Source: Lytechinus pictus (lineage: Eukaryota). Taken from it: 64,000 nucleotides of DNA. Of the stretch, positions 60,889 to 64,000 are shown piece by piece. Numbering within the stretch: the stretch's first letter is position 1; each line of letters opens with the position of its first letter. The position numbers and the translations under genes were made by a program. Under the pieces are notes generated by a model, which ran no database searches, had not been told where the DNA came from, and saw nothing but the letters and a program-made list of their open reading frames with translations. The DNA lies in assembly GCF_037042905.1 (NCBI RefSeq), contig NC_087250.1, positions 15,998,001 through 16,062,000 of the forward strand, read 5' to 3'.

Positions 60889-61046
60889 CTAAACAGATAC
60901 TTCCCTTGGTGAGGAATCTCTGCTCTTTCGTCTCCTTATCACTGCTGCTATCAGAGGTGCTGTTATGAGAATCCCGCAGATGACATCAATAAACCCAATG
61001 ACACAGAAGGAGATGTTATATGACTTGGTCCTGTCATAGATACCAC
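60889..61046 (-). CDS. SLC16/monocarboxylate transporter-like MFS protein, last coding exon (GGIYDRTKSYNISF...stop)
   Basis: CAG acceptor at 61047-61049; phase 1 fits the previous exon; G..YD.T.SY motif before TM12; TAG at 60891-60889. Confidence 0.88.
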
Positions 61047-61794
61047 CTGTGTACATAAATTAGAAAGAAGGAGGGTGTCACTGTCAATCAATGATTTGAC
61101 TCTTTCAGCTGAATTTGTTGGATATCTCATATGGGGCATTACATTATTTTAATGCCTGAATGATCTAATTTTTAAATTGGTAATGTTAGTATCATTTTTT
61201 TTAATTGCTACAATTTTTTCAAGTTTTCAGAAATGAAATACAGATTGATAATTCTCTCTATAAATGCACTTGCTTGTTTGAGAGAGATACAGTACGTATG
61301 GAAACTTGCTGGAAAGTAAAATGATAAATCCGACAATATTTCAAGTTCTCAATTCTAGAGAGGTTGAACTTGAAAGCATTGAGGAAACAGAATACCAATA
61401 GTACACAGCTCCTCGCCACAATATTGAAGTTTACTTACAGTTTTCTGTAGAATCTGATTTTTTGGGGTGATATTTCCCCAATTTTGAGGGGTGGATAACA
61501 CAAATCTTCTTGTAATTGCAAAATGTATAAATGCCGTTTTCCGCAGTTGCCATGGCAACAGATTAATCTCGAAAAAGAATACGCATTTCCCAGTTATTGG
61601 TAGATAAACATGGTATAAATGATCCAATTGATCAAATTCAAGCTTCCAAATTAATACAAATGAAATTTATGAATATTTTAGGGTAATTAAAATAGTCCCC
61701 ATTGGCCCATAGCCATTGTAACAGCTTATCCCCCCATCATCCGAAAAGTGCACATTTGATAAAAATATAGAAATCCGTCTGTTTCATAGCTCAC

Positions 61795-62982
61795 CTAAGA
61801 GGGCGCCACTAATTGGAAACCCAATACCAAGAGAGACAAGAAGCATAGAGACGGCTGCCTTGTACCTCTCAGTGGCAACAGAACCATTGACAATGATGAA
61901 CTGCAGCGATGTCTTGGCTCCTAGAGAAAAACCATTTACGAAAGACAGCAGAGACAGAAACCAGAAAGTAGTGGCACCGTAATTGATGAAAAACGCGACT
62001 GAAGATAAAAGGTTCATGATGAGGTACGCGACCTCGTTAGGAATGAACTTCTTGGCTGTGAAGAAGCCAATGCAGAAGCGTCCGAATATATTCCCGACGC
62101 CGCCGGCTGTCGCGACGTAGACGGACATCTGTGAGTCGAAGCCCTTCGCTTCTGCGTTAGGAATAACAAAGAGAACCCAGCCATCGTAGGAGACTCCAAA
62201 GAGGATTGTTGCGAGGCATATGCCAAAAAAGACTGGGTAATCCTTGAAGAGGTAGAGGTCAAATAACTCGGCAATGCTGTGGCACCATCTTCCAAAACAA
62301 GTCCGATTTGGGTTGTCTTTTGGACAGTCTTCAGAGGCGATTGCCTCTTTGACAGATACACTGTTTGAGGTTGTATTGTACGATGCTACTAGTTCGTGGT
62401 GATGTTTGCTGTCCGAGTTTTCCACTTCGGAGCCAAAGCTTGTATAGCCATTGGGGGGTGCATCTTCGGTATCGCTGATGCGACGTATAAGAACTTTGCC
62501 ATCTGATTTGCAATTGGTGTTGGTGTTTTCAGAGTGTCTCAGATGACCATTGCCAGTATGTTCATGAAGTATCAGATCATCTGTCTCACCTTCTGAATCA
62601 ACATACAAATCAGTTGTACCATTTTCTTCTTCTACCCTCCCGCATGCTCCTGATGAACAATGTCCACTGTGCTCCCTTTTGCTCTCCCTCTCCATCTCCA
62701 TTGTGTCATCCAGAGGCAATTCTCCTGTTGCTGACTCCTCTGCCTTTGGGACTGGTTCTAAGAGGGCGCCACTCACGAGTGTATTAAGATTAATGGCTCC
62801 TAGGAGCATCAAGGCACCCCTCCAACCATAGCTGGTGACAAAGACCTCAAAAAGAAGCGGTAGAATCATAAGACCAATACCTCCACCTGTCAGGTTGATG
62901 CTTGAGGCAATTTCAAACAGATCAGGGAAGTAATCCACGGGACTGGAGTTTGCTGGTAAAACCACTGTGCTAAAGCCGATCC
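61795..62982 (-). CDS. SLC16/monocarboxylate transporter-like MFS protein, large internal exon (TM4-TM11 with long acidic central loop); 5' exons lie beyond the window
   Basis: CAG acceptor at 62983-62985, GTGAG donor at 61794; GIGF..DYF..A..I...GGGIG, YGWRGALMLLGAINLN, NIFGR motifs of the MCT family. Confidence 0.9.
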
Positions 62983-63190
62983 CTGATGCATTGAGAAGAA
63001 GAGGGGGGAAAGGGACATGAGAAACAGTACAAAGACCCATTCTTGCAAACATTGATGCTTAAACAAGGAAAGTTCATATCTGACAACTTATAGGATGATA
63101 AATTTTGATGAAATACTCCTAAAATGTGTTATCATTTAATGAAGACTATCCAGGAATGAAAATGTTCATTAAAAAACGGTTATAATTATA

Positions 63191-64000
63191 AACAAGTGGA
63201 ATGCCTCTGGCCGTCTCACCTGCATCACGCAATTCAATATAGCAGCAGTGCTGATTTTGAAAACTACTATAACTCGCACAAGATGTTCAGTGATACTTGG
63301 TTACTCTTATTTCCACGTTTTATGAACTAGACCAATACACTTATAGAGATATGATGGCAATTCAACAAATACCCCCAACGTGGCCAAAGTTCTTTGACCT
63401 TACATGACCTTTGACCTTGATCATGTGACCTGAAACTCGCACAGGATGTTCAGTGATACTTGATTACTATTATGTCCAAGTTTTATGAACTAGACCAACA
63501 CACTTTCAAATTTATGGCTGTAATTCAACAAATACCCCAATTTGGCCAAAGTTCATTGACCCTAAATGACCTTTGACCTTGATCATGTGACCTGAAACTT
63601 GCACAGGATGTTCAGTAATACTTGATTACTATTATGTCCAAGTTTCATGAATCAGATCCATAAACTTTCAAAGTTATGATGGTAATTCAACAGATACCCC
63701 CAATTCGGCCAAAGTTCATTGACCCTAAATGACCTTTGACCTTGGTCATGTGATGTGAAACTCATGCAGGATGTTCAGTGATACTTGATTAACCTTATGT
63801 ATAAGTTTCATGAACTAGGTCCATATATTTTCTAAGTTATGATGACATTTCAAAAACTTAACCTTAGGTTAAGATTTTGATGTTGATTCCCCCAACATGG
63901 TCTAAGTTCATTGACCCTAAATGACCTTTGACCTTGGTCATGTGACATGAAACTCAGGCAGGATGTTCAGTAATACTTGATTAACCTTATGGCCAAGTTT
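63191..64000. mobile_element. Helentron-associated (HINE-like) element carrying a ~150-bp tandem array, truncated by the window end
   Basis: AACAAGTGG..GTCTCACCTGCA terminus shared with 31342-31589; repeated TGACCTTTGACCTTG(A/G)TCATGTGA..CAGGATGTTCAGT units. Confidence 0.65.

Noticed and set aside
60408..60968. Repetitive ORFs (TLPQESLK)n and (MSSRIPGA)n as independent genes
   Set aside because: Frames of a 24-bp minisatellite; no promoter or splice support.
62983..63052. N-terminal part of the 422-aa ORF (MFARMGLC...)
   Set aside because: Intronic extension upstream of the splice acceptor at 62983-62985; the true N-terminal TM1-3 exons are outside the window.

Overview
Eukaryotic, AT-rich, intron- and transposon-dense animal DNA. 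The repeat families and Myb sequence suggest a deuterostome invertebrate, probably a sea urchin (inference only). Three host genes can be rebuilt from splice sites. (1) A CD225/Dispanin (IFITM/PRRT-like) membrane-protein gene on the minus strand: 3 coding exons, 13009->3244, about 144 aa. (2) A complete 17-exon three-repeat (R1R2R3) B-Myb-like gene on the plus strand: 20134-55955, 696 aa, all exon phases consistent. (3) The last two coding exons of an SLC16/monocarboxylate-transporter-like gene on the minus strand (62982->60889). Myb intron 12 holds an antisense, apparently full-length ~9.56 kb L2/Crack-type LINE with an intact ORF2, an ORF1 broken by a 7-bp duplication, and a ~4-5 kb non-coding gap between the ORFs. 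The rest is MITEs (TTAA, 8-bp, 9-bp, 5-bp, 2-bp and 3-bp TSD classes), tRNA-derived SINEs, Helentron-like elements and satellites. The most novel-looking item is a 171-bp TSD-flanked SINE (526-696) whose head matches the Alu domain of 7SL RNA, followed by a tRNA-type B box, a Deu/Nin-like core and a (CA)n tail. This is a candidate independently evolved 7SL-derived SINE in an invertebrate. Other leads: a 4-unit intronic minisatellite in Myb with a Myb consensus site in each unit, three-level Ginger>MULE>hAT nesting, and 32-34 bp hairpin mini-elements with their own TSDs. All similarity statements are by eye or from memory; no database searches were run.
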